Positions 36,964 to 47,447 of a stretch of DNA of 64,000 nt are shown here, piece by piece. The stretch comes from Endomicrobiia bacterium (GTDB lineage: Bacteria > Elusimicrobiota > Endomicrobiia > DTEH01), in NCBI GenBank assembly GCA_039630545.1, contig JBCNUU010000003.1, positions 28,820 through 92,819 of the forward strand. Direction: 5' to 3'. Position numbers and translations under genes: made by a program. Position 1 is the first letter of the stretch, and the number at the start of each line of letters is the position of its first letter. The notes under the pieces were generated by a model, which searched no databases, was not told the DNA's origin, and saw only the letters and a program-made list of their open reading frames with translations.

Positions 36964-39429
36964 TTATTCATCTTGAGGAACTATATTAGCCAAAGCAGCA
37001 ACTTTGTCACCTTCATCTAACTTTACTAAACGAACACCTTGTGTGTTGCGAGATAAAATAGAGATCTCATCGACTTTTAGTCTTAAGCTCATTCCTTTTT
37101 CAGTCATTATCATAATTTCATAGCCAGGATTTGCAACTTTTACTCCTACAACTTTGCCATTTCTTTGTGTAGTTTTTATGTTTATTACACCTTTACCACC
37201 GCGACTTTGTAATCTGTAGTCGTCAACTTTTGTCCTTTTACCATAACCATTTTCACAAACTGTAAGAAGGATATCTTCTTTTTTTACTACTTCCATACCT
37301 ACAACTTCGTCATCTTTTGACTTAAATCTTATTCCTACAACACCTTTGCCTGTTCGTCCAATAGGACGAACTTTGTCTTCTTTGAATCTTATTGCAAAAC
37401 CATTCTTTGTTGCGATAAAAATGTCTGATTTACCATCGGTATGTTTTACATCTATTAAGGAGTCATCTTTGTCAAGATTTATTGCTATGATTCCTGTTTT
37501 CCTTGGATTTGAATACTCAGAAAGATTTGTCTTTTTGATGATTCCTTTTTTAGTGCACATCAAAAGATAAGAGTTGTTATCAAATTTGTCAACTGCAACA
37601 CAAGCAGTAATTTTTTCATCCATACTTGAAAGTTGTATTAAGTTTACGGCAGCTTTTCCCTTTGATATTCTTGAACCTTCTGGAACTTCAAAAACTCTTG
37701 ACCAGTAGACTCTTCCTTTATTTGTGAACCACAGAAGATAAGAATGTGTGTTTGTTATTATTAGTTGTTCAACAAAATCTTCATCTTTAACAGTTGTACC
37801 TGTTATTCCTTTACCACCACGGTGTTGAGATTTATATGTTGAAAGCGGCATACGTTTTACATAACCTTGATGAGAAATGCATACTACTACATCTTCTTCT
37901 TTTATTAAATCTTCAATTGTTAATTCTTCAGCACGAGCTACAATTTTTGTCCTTCTTTCATCGCCATATTGTTCTTTAATTTTTTTAATTTCTTCTTTTA
38001 TTATATTATCAATTTTTTTAGGATCTCTTAAAATTGATCTTAAAAGTTCTATTGTTTTAATAAGTTCAAGATACTCTTGTTCTAATTTTGTACGCTCTAA
38101 AGATGTAAGTTGTTGTAGCCGCATATCAAGGATAGCTCGTGCTTGTATTTTTGTAAACTTAAACTCATCCATTAAATTTTTCTCAGCAGTATCAACATCT
38201 TTTGATTCGCGGATGATTTTTATTACTTTGTTTAGATGTTCAATAGCAATTCTTAACCCTTCAACTATGTGTGCTCTATGTTCTGCCTTGCGCAGGTCAA
38301 AAGATGTACGTTTGTATACAATATCTCTTCTGTGGTCAATATAGCACTGTATCATTTCACGCATATTTAGCACCTGAGGTTTTCCGTTTACTAAAACTAA
38401 CATTATAACACCAAAAGATACTTCTAATTGTGTATGTTTAAAAAGTTGATTAAGAACAATATTTGGATTACCATCCCGTTTTATTTCAATTACAATTCTT
38501 ATGCCATCTCTGTCTGATTCATCTCTTAGATCAGCGATATCTTGAATTTTTTTCTCATTTGCCAGGCGTGCTATTGTTTCGAGAAGTTCTGATTTGTTTA
38601 CTTGGTACGGGATTTCTTTTATTATAATGGCGTGTCTTCCACCTTTTAGTTCCTCAATTTCTGCTTTTGCACGAACCTTTATAGAACCTCTGCCAGTTGT
38701 AAAATACTCTTTAATTCCTTCTTTTCCCTGTATGATTCCTCCTGTAGGGAAGTCAGGTCCTTTTATATATTGCATAAGATCTTCTGAATTAATTTCAGGA
38801 TTTTCAAGAACAGCTATTATAGCATCGCATACTTCTGAAAGGTTATGTGTAGGTATGTTTGTTGCCATACCTACAGCAATTCCACTTGAACCATTGACTA
38901 GAAGATTTGGAAACTTTGCAGGTAAAACCGATGGTTCTTCCAAGGAACCATCGTAGTTAGGTCTAAAGCTAACAGTTTCTTTGTCAATATCTTCCAACAT
39001 TTCTTCGGCAATTTTGTTGAGTCGTGCTTCTGTATAACGCATCGCAGCTGGAGGATCTCCATCTATTGAGCCGAAGTTTCCTTGCCCGTCGATAAGTGGA
39101 TATCTTAAAGAAAAATCTTGTCCCATTCTTACAAGTGCTTCATATACAGCTGTATCTCCATGTGGGTGATATTTCCCTAAAACATCTCCAACAACACGTG
39201 CAGATTTTTTGTAGGGTTGATTGTGTTTAAGTCCCATTTCTTTCATTGTATAAAGGATTCTTCTGTGGACAGGTTTAAGTCCATCTCGCACATCAGGTAA
39301 AGCACGACCAACTATAACACTCATTGCATAGTCGGTGTAAGATGTTTTCATCTCTTCGCCGATATCTCTGGGAATTATATTTTGCTCTTCAAAGTTTAAT
39401 TGTGGTTGGTTGTCTTTTTTATTTGGCAT
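36964..39429 (-). CDS. gyrA: DNA gyrase subunit A
   Basis: 821 aa. [46 protein letters not shown] (active-site Tyr), C-terminal beta-pinwheel repeats. Confidence 0.97.
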   Translation of the reverse strand: MPNKKDNQPQLNFEEQNIIPRDIGEEMKTSYTDYAMSVIVGRALPDVRDGLKPVHRRILYTMKEMGLKHNQPYKKSARVVGDVLGKYHPHGDTAVYEALVRMGQDFSLRYPLIDGQGNFGSIDGDPPAAMRYTEARLNKIAEEMLEDIDKETVSFRPNYDGSLEEPSVLPAKFPNLLVNGSSGIAVGMATNIPTHNLSEVCDAIIAVLENPEINSEDLMQYIKGPDFPTGGIIQGKEGIKEYFTTGRGSIKVRAKAEIEELKGGRHAIIIKEIPYQVNKSELLETIARLANEKKIQDIADLRDESDRDGIRIVIEIKRDGNPNIVLNQLFKHTQLEVSFGVIMLVLVNGKPQVLNMREMIQCYIDHRRDIVYKRTSFDLRKAEHRAHIVEGLRIAIEHLNKVIKIIRESKDVDTAEKNLMDEFKFTKIQARAILDMRLQQLTSLERTKLEQEYLELIKTIELLRSILRDPKKIDNIIKEEIKKIKEQYGDERRTKIVARAEELTIEDLIKEEDVVVCISHQGYVKRMPLSTYKSQHRGGKGITGTTVKDEDFVEQLIITNTHSYLLWFTNKGRVYWSRVFEVPEGSRISKGKAAVNLIQLSSMDEKITACVAVDKFDNNSYLLMCTKKGIIKKTNLSEYSNPRKTGIIAINLDKDDSLIDVKHTDGKSDIFIATKNGFAIRFKEDKVRPIGRTGKGVVGIRFKSKDDEVVGMEVVKKEDILLTVCENGYGKRTKVDDYRLQSRGGKGVINIKTTQRNGKVVGVKVANPGYEIMIMTEKGMSLRLKVDEISILSRNTQGVRLVKLDEGDKVAALANIVPQDE

Positions 39430-39563
39430 ATATCATCTCCTTTTTCACTTTTTTAACAAGAATTTATTCAATCTGTTTTATATAAAAAATTTTATGTAAA
39501 AAAACAAGTTTTTATTGTTTTAATATATTAAATTTTATATAAGATTAATGATTTAATGAAAAA

Positions 39564-40622
39564 ATGAAAAAGTTAGTGGGGAAAATAATATCTTTTTTAT
39601 TTTTTAGTGTTCTATTTGCTAATTCCATTAACAAAAAGGAAATCAAAGTTAACAACAAAAAATTTTCTACTATTAAAAATGATACTAATAAATTTATGCC
39701 TGCATATTTTTATCTTCACAAATCAGGGGAACTTAAAAAACGAGCTAATGAACTTTGGCAGATGATGCAGAAATGTGAATTGTGTCCAAGAATGTGTAAA
39801 GTTAATAGGTTAAAAGGGCAAAAAGGTTTTTGTGGTGTAGAGGGGACAAAATTGGTAGTTTCTTCGTATCATCCACATTTTGGAGAAGAAAGACCTCTTG
39901 TTGGAAGGGGTGGTTCTGGCACTATATTTTTTACATACTGCAACCTGAAATGTGTGTTTTGTCAAAACTGGGAGATAAGTCATCTTGGTCAGGGAGAAGA
40001 AGTAAAAATTGAAGATTTAGCAAATATGATGCTTGAACTGCAGCAAATTGGTTGTCATAATATAAATGTGGTAACGCCAACTCATTATTCAGCACACATT
40101 CTTAAAGCTTTAGACATAGCTGCTTCCAAAGGATTAAAACTTCCTCTTGTATGGAATACTTCTGGATGGGAAAGAGTGGAGATTCTTAAATTTTTAGATG
40201 GCGTTGTAGATATTTATCTTCCAGATTTCAAATACTGGGACAAAGAAATGTCAAAAAAGTACTCTCCAGGTGCTGAAAGTTATCCTGAGGTTACAAAGCA
40301 AGCAATCCTTGAGATGCAAAGACAAGTAGGTGTAGCAAAGCCAGCAGAGGATGGAATTATATATAGAGGACTAATGATAAGGATACTTGTGATGCCTTCT
40401 AATGTAAGTGGTTCAGAACAGGTAATAGAATGGATTGCTAAAAACCTTCCTAAAGATACTTATATAAATATTATGGCGCAGTATACTCCAAGGTATAAAG
40501 CTTATGACTACCCGGAAATTTCAAGGCGTATTACAAAAGAGGAATATAAGAGAGTAGTAAACAAAGCAAAACAACTCGGCCTTACAAATCTGGATATTCA
40601 GGGTTGGTTCTGGTTTGAATAA
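39564..40622 (+). CDS. PflX-like (COG1313-type) radical SAM protein
   Basis: CELCPRMCKVNR..GQKGFCG then the radical SAM site YCNLKCVFCQNWEIS. The first ~44 aa look like a signal/anchor (IISFLFFSVLFA). An alternative start at the ATG at 39696 (MPAYFYL...) would remove it. Confidence 0.7.
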   Translation: MKKLVGKIISFLFFSVLFANSINKKEIKVNNKKFSTIKNDTNKFMPAYFYLHKSGELKKRANELWQMMQKCELCPRMCKVNRLKGQKGFCGVEGTKLVVSSYHPHFGEERPLVGRGGSGTIFFTYCNLKCVFCQNWEISHLGQGEEVKIEDLANMMLELQQIGCHNINVVTPTHYSAHILKALDIAASKGLKLPLVWNTSGWERVEILKFLDGVVDIYLPDFKYWDKEMSKKYSPGAESYPEVTKQAILEMQRQVGVAKPAEDGIIYRGLMIRILVMPSNVSGSEQVIEWIAKNLPKDTYINIMAQYTPRYKAYDYPEISRRITKEEYKRVVNKAKQLGLTNLDIQGWFWFE

Positions 40623-42877
40623 TGGAGAATTTTTTAAAACTCATCTTTATATTAATTGGATTTAGCGGACATACAGCGCAGATTTTATTGTTAAGAGAAT
40701 TACTTATAGTTTTTTCAGGAAATGAGTTTTCAATAGGTATTATACTTTCCAGTTGGCTTTTAATTGAAGCAATTGGTTCTTACTTATCTGGTAAATTAAT
40801 ACAGAAGGATAAAAATATAATAAGAAGCTTTATTCTTCTTGGTTCTTTATTTTTTTTGTTTTTTCCTCTGTCTATATTTCTTATTAGAATCATAAAAATA
40901 ATTCTCGGTATTTCAATAGGAGAAGGTTTAGGTTTTATAGAAATGGTATATAGCAGTTTTATTTTACTTTTCCCTGCAAGTTTTATTCACGGTGCACAGT
41001 TTCCATATAGCTGTAAAGTTTATTATCAGTTTACAAATAAAGATGTTACTTGCATAAATAATGCATATGTATTTATAACTTTTGGAGTAGTTTTGAGTGG
41101 ATTTTTTTTGACTTATTTTATGATTCCTTATTTTAATTCATTTAAAATAGTTTCTATAATTGGCTTAATTGCTATATTTACCCTTATTATTTTTTTGTTT
41201 AACCAAAAAGTATCCTCAGCAGGCTCCTTGAGTATTTTTTTGTTTTTCTTGATTTTGTTTTATTTATATCTCTTTTTAAACGGAGCAGAGGTATTGCAGT
41301 GGCTTTCAATAAGAAAACAATGGAAAAATCAAAAAATTTTAGAATACAAAAATTCTATATATAGTAACATATGTGTGGTGAAATATGAGAATCAATATAC
41401 TTTCTTTGTTGACGGAATGCCTAAAATAATCACGCCAATTCCTGACATTATGTTTGTGGAAGAGTTTGTTCATATACCACTTCTTCTTCACCCTAGTCCT
41501 AAAAAAATTCTTACAATAAGTGGTGCTGTCGGTGGAATAATAAATGAAGTATTGAAACATCCTACCGTAGAAGAAGTATCCTATGTAGAGCAAGATCCTA
41601 CATTGCTTGAGTTAATCCAGAAGTATCCTACAGAATTGACAGAAAAAGAGCTCAAAAATGAAAAAGTAAAAATTCACTATTTAGATGGCAGATTTTTTAT
41701 AAGACAAACAAAAGAAAAATATGATATAATATTATCAGGAATATCAAACCCGTCGGATTTACAAAGCAATAGATTTTTTACAGAAGAGTTTTTTAAACTA
41801 ATAAAAGAAAAATTAACTGAGAAAGGCATCTTTGTTTTAACATTACCTGGTTCTTTGACATATTTAAGTGAGGAACTTAAAAAATTAAATAAAGTTATCT
41901 ATGACACATTAAAAGAAGTTTTTAAAGAAGTGGTTGTTTTACCAGGAGATGGAGTAAATATTTTTTTAGTTTCAGATACTCCTGATATTTTAGTTTTGTC
42001 TAAAGAAATTTTAGTAAGTAAGGTAAAACAACGTAAGATAAAAGCAGCTACACTTCTTCCCAGACATATAGAATACAAAACAAATCCATATTTTCGTAAA
42101 TGGTATTTAACAATGATAAGTGAAATTCCTTTTAAGAAAAATACTGATTTTAAACCCACTGCTTTATTTTTTAGTTTATCGCACTGGAATTCTTTATTTT
42201 CTCCCTATCTTAGAAAATTTTTTGATTTTTTTGAAACTTTAAATTTTTTAAAATTGTTTAGTGTGATAGCGGCAATCTTTATAGTTTTTATTTTATTTTT
42301 TCATAAAAAACTTTCATTTTTTAGTATTCCTTTCAGTATTACTACTTCGGGTTTTGTAGGTATGGTGTTTGATGTTTCTATGATATTAGCTTTTCAGTCA
42401 ATTTATGGATATATTTATTTGTGGATAGGATTGCTTGTAAGCTTTTATATGTTAGGATCTGCTTGTGGCGCTTATATAAGCTCGCAGAAGTTTAGTAAAA
42501 GAAAAGATTTTGTGCTTCTGGAACTTTTTATTTTGTTTTTTTGTATTTTTCTAATACTGATAGTTGGATTAATTAACTACTGTTTAGAAAAAGATATCAA
42601 CTTTGAAATATTCAAATGGATTTTTTTGTTTATTAATTTTACGGGAGGATTTTTAGTAGGTGCCGAGTTTCCTCTAGGAGCCAGAATATATTTAAATACA
42701 ATAAATTCCTTTAGTAAAACAGCAGGTTTGATAAATGCTTGCGATCTCTTTGGAGGTTTTGTTGGAGGTTTAATAGCAAGCATAATATTTTTTCCGATTT
42801 TTGGAATTTTTAATACATTAATTTTTTTAGTTATTGTTAAAATTTTTTCAGCTTTCCTTGTAATTCTTACAAAATAA
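40622..42877 (+). CDS. Polytopic membrane protein with an embedded spermidine-synthase-like methyltransferase-fold domain (fused MFS/spermidine synthase type)
   Basis: 751 aa. About 7 N-terminal and 5-6 C-terminal TM segments flank ILTISGAVGGIINEVLKHPTVEEVSYVEQDP...YDIILSG (SpeE-like). 1-nt TAATG overlap with the radical SAM gene. Confidence 0.7.
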   Translation: MENFLKLIFILIGFSGHTAQILLLRELLIVFSGNEFSIGIILSSWLLIEAIGSYLSGKLIQKDKNIIRSFILLGSLFFLFFPLSIFLIRIIKIILGISIGEGLGFIEMVYSSFILLFPASFIHGAQFPYSCKVYYQFTNKDVTCINNAYVFITFGVVLSGFFLTYFMIPYFNSFKIVSIIGLIAIFTLIIFLFNQKVSSAGSLSIFLFFLILFYLYLFLNGAEVLQWLSIRKQWKNQKILEYKNSIYSNICVVKYENQYTFFVDGMPKIITPIPDIMFVEEFVHIPLLLHPSPKKILTISGAVGGIINEVLKHPTVEEVSYVEQDPTLLELIQKYPTELTEKELKNEKVKIHYLDGRFFIRQTKEKYDIILSGISNPSDLQSNRFFTEEFFKLIKEKLTEKGIFVLTLPGSLTYLSEELKKLNKVIYDTLKEVFKEVVVLPGDGVNIFLVSDTPDILVLSKEILVSKVKQRKIKAATLLPRHIEYKTNPYFRKWYLTMISEIPFKKNTDFKPTALFFSLSHWNSLFSPYLRKFFDFFETLNFLKLFSVIAAIFIVFILFFHKKLSFFSIPFSITTSGFVGMVFDVSMILAFQSIYGYIYLWIGLLVSFYMLGSACGAYISSQKFSKRKDFVLLELFILFFCIFLILIVGLINYCLEKDINFEIFKWIFLFINFTGGFLVGAEFPLGARIYLNTINSFSKTAGLINACDLFGGFVGGLIASIIFFPIFGIFNTLIFLVIVKIFSAFLVILTK

Positions 42878-42959
42878 AATATTTGTAAGAAGTTGAAATT
42901 TAAGAGTAAATAAGTTATAACCTATAAAAACTTATATATAGATATAGGCTAAAAACTCT

Positions 42960-43172
42960 ATGCCAATATATGAGTATAAATGCAATAGTTGTAACGCAGA
43001 GTTTGAACTTTTAATATATACAGGAGAAGAGCCAGTCTGTCCTAAATGTTTATCTAAAAATTTAACAAAAAAAATTTCTAAAGTGAGTTTTAAATCTTCC
43101 TTGTCTGATAGTTCATCTTCAGGTTCTTCTTGTTCTAGCTGTTCTTCTGGAAGTTGTTCTAGTTGCAGATAG
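42960..43172 (+). CDS. FmdB-family zinc-ribbon protein with a Ser/Cys-rich tail
   Basis: 70 aa. MPIYEYKCNSCNAEFE......CPKC is the CxxC_CxxC_SSSS (FmdB) signature. Tail SSSSGSSCSSCSSGSCSSCR. Confidence 0.7.
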   Translation: MPIYEYKCNSCNAEFELLIYTGEEPVCPKCLSKNLTKKISKVSFKSSLSDSSSSGSSCSSCSSGSCSSCR

Positions 43173-43284
43173 AAACTTTTAAAACAATTTTGTACCTTAA
43201 TAGTCGCTTTTCAATTTAACTCATACTTTCAATTTAAAAGTAACTTCTGGATTTATCTTTTAAGTAGTTTTTATTTTCCTAAAG

Positions 43285-44532
43285 ATGGTATCAATAGTTA
43301 TTCTGGCAATAGTATTTATTTTAATTGCAACAAGAAGAATAGGTAGTATAAAACTACAAGTTTGGCAGATAATGTTTTTTGGTGCTTTGACGGTATTACT
43401 TACTAGGCAAATTTCCATTAAGGAAGCTTTTATGGCTATTAGTTGGGAGGTAATGTTGTTTTTGTTTAGTATGTTTATTATAGGAGAAGCGGTTGAAAAA
43501 AGTGGCTATTTAGCACATATAACATATAAAATTTTTAAAAAAGCAAAATCTCTAAATTGGCTTTTAATTTATATCTTGTTTGTGATGGGGTTTGCTTCAT
43601 CTATTCTTATGAATGATACTGTTGCAATAGTTGGTACACCTGTTGTTTTGCTACTTGCAAGAAAACATAATATAGAACCAAAAATTTTACTTTTAACATT
43701 AGCTTTTGCTATAACAATAGGAAGCGTAATGAGTCCGTTAGGAAATCCTCAAAATTTTCTTATTGCAACACAATCAAACATTAAAAATCCATTCTTTATG
43801 TTTGCAAAATACCTTTTTTTACCAACAGTAATAAACTTATATTTAACATTTTTAGTATTAAAGATAGTTTTCAAAAAACATTTTAATAATATATCTCTTG
43901 TTTACTCTCAAGAACCTATAAAAGATCGTCATCTTTCTATATTATCAAAAGTTTCATTAATACTGCTTCTTGTTCTTATAGTTATGAAAATACTAACTAC
44001 AATTTTTTTCCCACATATTAATATAAAGTTAGTTTATATAACCGCAATCTCTTCTTTACCGATAGTTATTTTTAGTAGAAAAAGATTGCAAATTATAAAA
44101 AAAGTTGACTGGCAAACACTTGTGTTTTTTGCTTCCATGTTTATTTTAATGCAGTCAGTATGGGATACACGAATTTTCCAAAAAATTATAGAAAATACAA
44201 AAATTAATATTACCTCACTAACATCTATAATGTTGATTAGTACAATTTTAAGTCAACTGATTTCAAATGTTCCCCTTGTGAATTTGTATTTGCAGATAAT
44301 AGAGAGTTGTTCTTATGGTATAAAAGAACTTATGGCATTAGCTTCAGCAAGTACAGTTGCTGGTAATTTTACAATTTTAGCGGCAGCAAGTAACATAATA
44401 ATAATTCATACAGCAGAAAAAAAGTTAAACCAACACAATATTATTAGTTTTTTTGAATTTTTCAAAATAGGTAGTGTTATTACTTTGATTAATATTTCAG
44501 TATATCTGCTTTTCTTAAAGATGTTACCTTAA
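43285..44532 (+). CDS. ArsB/NhaD-superfamily anion permease (YbiR-like)
   Basis: 415 aa, about 10-12 TM. MSPLGNPQNFLIA motif and the two-repeat architecture typical of this superfamily. Confidence 0.65.
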   Translation: MVSIVILAIVFILIATRRIGSIKLQVWQIMFFGALTVLLTRQISIKEAFMAISWEVMLFLFSMFIIGEAVEKSGYLAHITYKIFKKAKSLNWLLIYILFVMGFASSILMNDTVAIVGTPVVLLLARKHNIEPKILLLTLAFAITIGSVMSPLGNPQNFLIATQSNIKNPFFMFAKYLFLPTVINLYLTFLVLKIVFKKHFNNISLVYSQEPIKDRHLSILSKVSLILLLVLIVMKILTTIFFPHINIKLVYITAISSLPIVIFSRKRLQIIKKVDWQTLVFFASMFILMQSVWDTRIFQKIIENTKINITSLTSIMLISTILSQLISNVPLVNLYLQIIESCSYGIKELMALASASTVAGNFTILAAASNIIIIHTAEKKLNQHNIISFFEFFKIGSVITLINISVYLLFLKMLP

Positions 44533-45434
44533 ATTTCAGGAAATGGTTCAAAAAAATTTTGCATAAGCAGATAATTATCATTAAACCTTAAAACATAAAT
44601 TTTTAGCATTTCAGTTGCTACAGAAATATCCAGATTATTGTTTTTATATTTATCAACAATCTTTAAAAAATTTTCTTTTTCTTTTCTTGATAGATTTTTA
44701 GAGATGTGTCCGAAAATATGAATCAGAGCATTAGCTAGATTTTTTCTTTTAAAATTTAAACTTAGCATTTCTTTAAATGTTATTTCATAATTTCTAAAAA
44801 TTTCTTCAGAACTGATTTTTTTATAACTAGCTAAAATCCGTCCTAAAATTCTTAGATGTTTTTGCGATAAGCCCATAAGTATGTATTTGTTTTTAGTATG
44901 AAATTCTAAAAAACTATTTATGTCCTTGTTTAGACTTTTAAATCTAAAAAGTAAAAAAGTCTTTGTCAAAAACTCCCACTTCAACTCTACATTCCTTAAA
45001 CGCCCTTCGTCAGTTAAAGGAAGGTAAGGTAGCTCTTCTTTTATTATCCGTGCAAAAACTCCATAAGTTTTTCCATATATTTTGTTGTTTATATAGTATT
45101 TGCAGTTACCAACTCCACAACTTGGAGATCTTGCTTTTAGAATAGCAGCGCAGATTTTGTCTTTATATGTATTTACTGTTTCATAAGAAAACTTTTTTAA
45201 TTTTTCTGTTAAGTCAAGACCTGTTTCTTCTTGAATTACCTTAAACTCGTTATTTAACTTGTTTAGCCTTATAGGTTTTCTTGGTATTCCTAAACCTACT
45301 GACACTTCTGGACAAACATCCGTTAACTCAAACAAATTTTTAATCTTATTAACGATTTCATCGTTAGCATTGGTTCCGTTGTATCTTACTTGTTTATTAT
45401 TAAGACACGCACTGATGATTATAGTTGGTTTCAT
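44529..45434 (-). CDS. DUF523 (TudS 2-thiouracil desulfurase-like) fused to DUF1722 (YbgA-like)
   Basis: 301 aa. N-terminal IIISACLNNKQVRYNGTNA...CPEVS.GL..PR...SPSCG (DUF523 Cys pattern). The C-terminal helical half resembles YbgA. Confidence 0.65.
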   Translation of the reverse strand: MKPTIIISACLNNKQVRYNGTNANDEIVNKIKNLFELTDVCPEVSVGLGIPRKPIRLNKLNNEFKVIQEETGLDLTEKLKKFSYETVNTYKDKICAAILKARSPSCGVGNCKYYINNKIYGKTYGVFARIIKEELPYLPLTDEGRLRNVELKWEFLTKTFLLFRFKSLNKDINSFLEFHTKNKYILMGLSQKHLRILGRILASYKKISSEEIFRNYEITFKEMLSLNFKRKNLANALIHIFGHISKNLSRKEKENFLKIVDKYKNNNLDISVATEMLKIYVLRFNDNYLLMQNFFEPFPEI

Positions 45435-45501
45435 CGTAAATAAATATTATAGAGGCAAATAGTGAAAATTTTAAATATTTTATATATTATAATATTTGGC
45501 T

Positions 45502-46710
45502 ATGACAAAACAAGATTCTTTATATAAACTTTCAATTCTTTCAACTGCAGCAAGATATGATAACTCTTGTAGTAGCTCAGGGGCTAAAAGAGAAAGTCAT
45601 CCATTTGGTATAGGTAATACTCATCTTTCTGGAATATGTCACAGCTGGACTGCAGATGGGAGATGTGTATCGTTGTTGAAAGTTCTTTTAACTAATATGT
45701 GTGAAAATGACTGTAAATATTGCGTATGTAGAATAAAAAATAACTTACCACGAGCTATGTTTACTCCAAGAGAAATTGCTGATTTGACTATAGAATTTTA
45801 CAAGAGAAATTTTATTGAAGGTTTATTTTTAAGTTCAGCTGTTTATAAGAGTCCTGACTACACTATGGAGTTAATGATAAAAGCCGCTGAAATATTGAGA
45901 AAAGAATATCACTTTAATGGTTATATACATCTTAAAATTCTTCCTGGGACTTCAAAGGAACTGATAGAGAAATCTTTTGAATTAGCAGACAGAGTAAGTT
46001 CTAATTTAGAATTTCCTACTAAAGAAGGATTTAGCTTACTTGCCCCTCAAAAAGACTTTGAAGAACTTCTTAAGCCTCTTGTTCATGTAAGAAACATATA
46101 CTTGGAAAAAAATAAAAAATCTCCAGCTTCAACTCAACTCATAGTAGGTGCTACGAATGACAAAGATATAAAATTTGTTACTCTAGCGAATTATCTGTAT
46201 GAAAAGAAATTAGTAAGAAGAGTTTATTATTCTGCTTATATACCGGTGAACAACGACAAATATCTTCCACACGTAAAATCTCCTCAATTCTTAAGAGAGC
46301 ATAGATTATATCAAGCAGACTGGCTTATTAGATTTTATAAGTTTAAACCAGAAGAAATCTTAGGCAACGAAGAAAATCTGCGTTTAGATTTAGACCCAAA
46401 AATGTCCTGGGCTTTAAGGAACATAGATAAGTTTCCTATAGAAATAACAACAGCTGATTACTATGAACTGATAAGGATACCAGGTATAGGCCCTAAAGGA
46501 GCAATGAAGATAATTCATGCAAGAAAATACTCACATATTGCAGAAAAAGATTTAAAAAGAATAGGTATATCACTAAAAAGAGCAAAATTTTTTATCACGA
46601 TTCACGGTAAAAGAATTTCAGGAACCACAGATAAAGATATTAAAAAGTTAGAAAAAGAAACCCATCTGTTTGATAATTTATATAAGTATGAGGAAAATAC
46701 TATGCTATGA
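45502..46710 (+). CDS. Putative DNA modification/repair radical SAM protein (TIGR03916-like) with a C-terminal helix-hairpin-helix
   Basis: The track start is a TTG; an ATG lies 2 codons later. KLSILSTAARYDNSCSSSG N-terminus, radical SAM CENDCKYCVC, C-terminal LIRIPGIGPKGAMKII HhH. Confidence 0.72.
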   Translation: MTKQDSLYKLSILSTAARYDNSCSSSGAKRESHPFGIGNTHLSGICHSWTADGRCVSLLKVLLTNMCENDCKYCVCRIKNNLPRAMFTPREIADLTIEFYKRNFIEGLFLSSAVYKSPDYTMELMIKAAEILRKEYHFNGYIHLKILPGTSKELIEKSFELADRVSSNLEFPTKEGFSLLAPQKDFEELLKPLVHVRNIYLEKNKKSPASTQLIVGATNDKDIKFVTLANYLYEKKLVRRVYYSAYIPVNNDKYLPHVKSPQFLREHRLYQADWLIRFYKFKPEEILGNEENLRLDLDPKMSWALRNIDKFPIEITTADYYELIRIPGIGPKGAMKIIHARKYSHIAEKDLKRIGISLKRAKFFITIHGKRISGTTDKDIKKLEKETHLFDNLYKYEENTML

Positions 46711-47437
46711 TGGTTCATACGAAGGATTTATTTGCTTGATAGATGTTTTGATTTCAAATTATAAAAACACTTTAGATGCGGTAGAAATAATAAATCTTTT
46801 GATAGAAAAGGAACAAAACTATATCTTTTATGATAAAATAGAAACTTCAAAAGTTAAATCTGAAGTATTTATATCTAAGCTAAAAAATTTACTTCCCGGA
46901 AAGTTCGTTAATGATTTATATTTATATCATCTATGTGATACTTTAAAATTAGAAAAAATTGTGGCAAGCGTAATAATAAAATACCCATTAAATAAAAATA
47001 TTCTTAATCAAATTACTAACAAAGAAGTTTGTGTTTTGTGGAAAGCAAAAAGATCTCTATTTAGAGAAATTCATAGGTACAAGGGAATTTTAAGGTTTTC
47101 TAAATTAGATGAAATATACTATGCACAATTTAAACCCAAATTTAATGTATTACCAATTCTTTCCAAGCATTTCTTTAGTAGATATAATAACATGAACTTT
47201 ATAATTTATGATCTGCTAAGAGGGATTGCTTTTTTCAATATTAATAATAAAGGAAAATTTTTATACTTAGATAGAAACCTAGATTTAAAAATAAAAAGTG
47301 ATTTTATAGATAAATTGTGGAAAATCTACTTTGAAAAATCTGCTGTAGATGAAAGAATCAGTATGGAAAGACAAAAAATTAAATTGCCATTATATGTTAG
47401 AGAGTTTTTGACTGAATTTAAGGATTGTAATGATTGA
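46688..47437 (+). CDS. Partner DNA-metabolism protein of the radical SAM repair pair (TIGR03915/DUF4130-like)
   Basis: The ATG at 46688 (MRKILCYDGSYEGFICLI...) overlaps the upstream gene by 23 nt. The YDGS.EGF.. N-terminus is as I remember for this family. Confidence 0.6.
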   Translation: MRKILCYDGSYEGFICLIDVLISNYKNTLDAVEIINLLIEKEQNYIFYDKIETSKVKSEVFISKLKNLLPGKFVNDLYLYHLCDTLKLEKIVASVIIKYPLNKNILNQITNKEVCVLWKAKRSLFREIHRYKGILRFSKLDEIYYAQFKPKFNVLPILSKHFFSRYNNMNFIIYDLLRGIAFFNINNKGKFLYLDRNLDLKIKSDFIDKLWKIYFEKSAVDERISMERQKIKLPLYVREFLTEFKDCND

Positions 47438-47447
47438 GTTGGTTTAA

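Noticed and set aside
37346-38956. Plus-strand ORFs up to 155 aa inside gyrA
   Set aside because: They lie antisense to an unambiguous gyrA reading frame and are Ser/Ile/Phe-rich shadow ORFs.
39564-39695. Sec-type signal peptide on the PflX-like radical SAM enzyme, implying a periplasmic Fe-S enzyme
   Set aside because: An internal ATG at 39696 gives a protein starting where homologues, as I recall them, begin. Neither start has a clear RBS, so export is not claimed. I list it only as an uncertainty or a possible membrane tether.
42960-43172. 70-aa Cys/Ser-rich peptide as a RiPP (SCIFF/ranthipeptide-like) precursor for the nearby radical SAM gene
   Set aside because: The N-terminus is the standard FmdB-family CxxC...CxxC zinc ribbon, whose members commonly carry Cys/Gly/Ser tails. 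The radical SAM gene at 39564 is a PflX type without a SPASM-like C-terminal Cys cluster, and a 751-aa gene separates the two.
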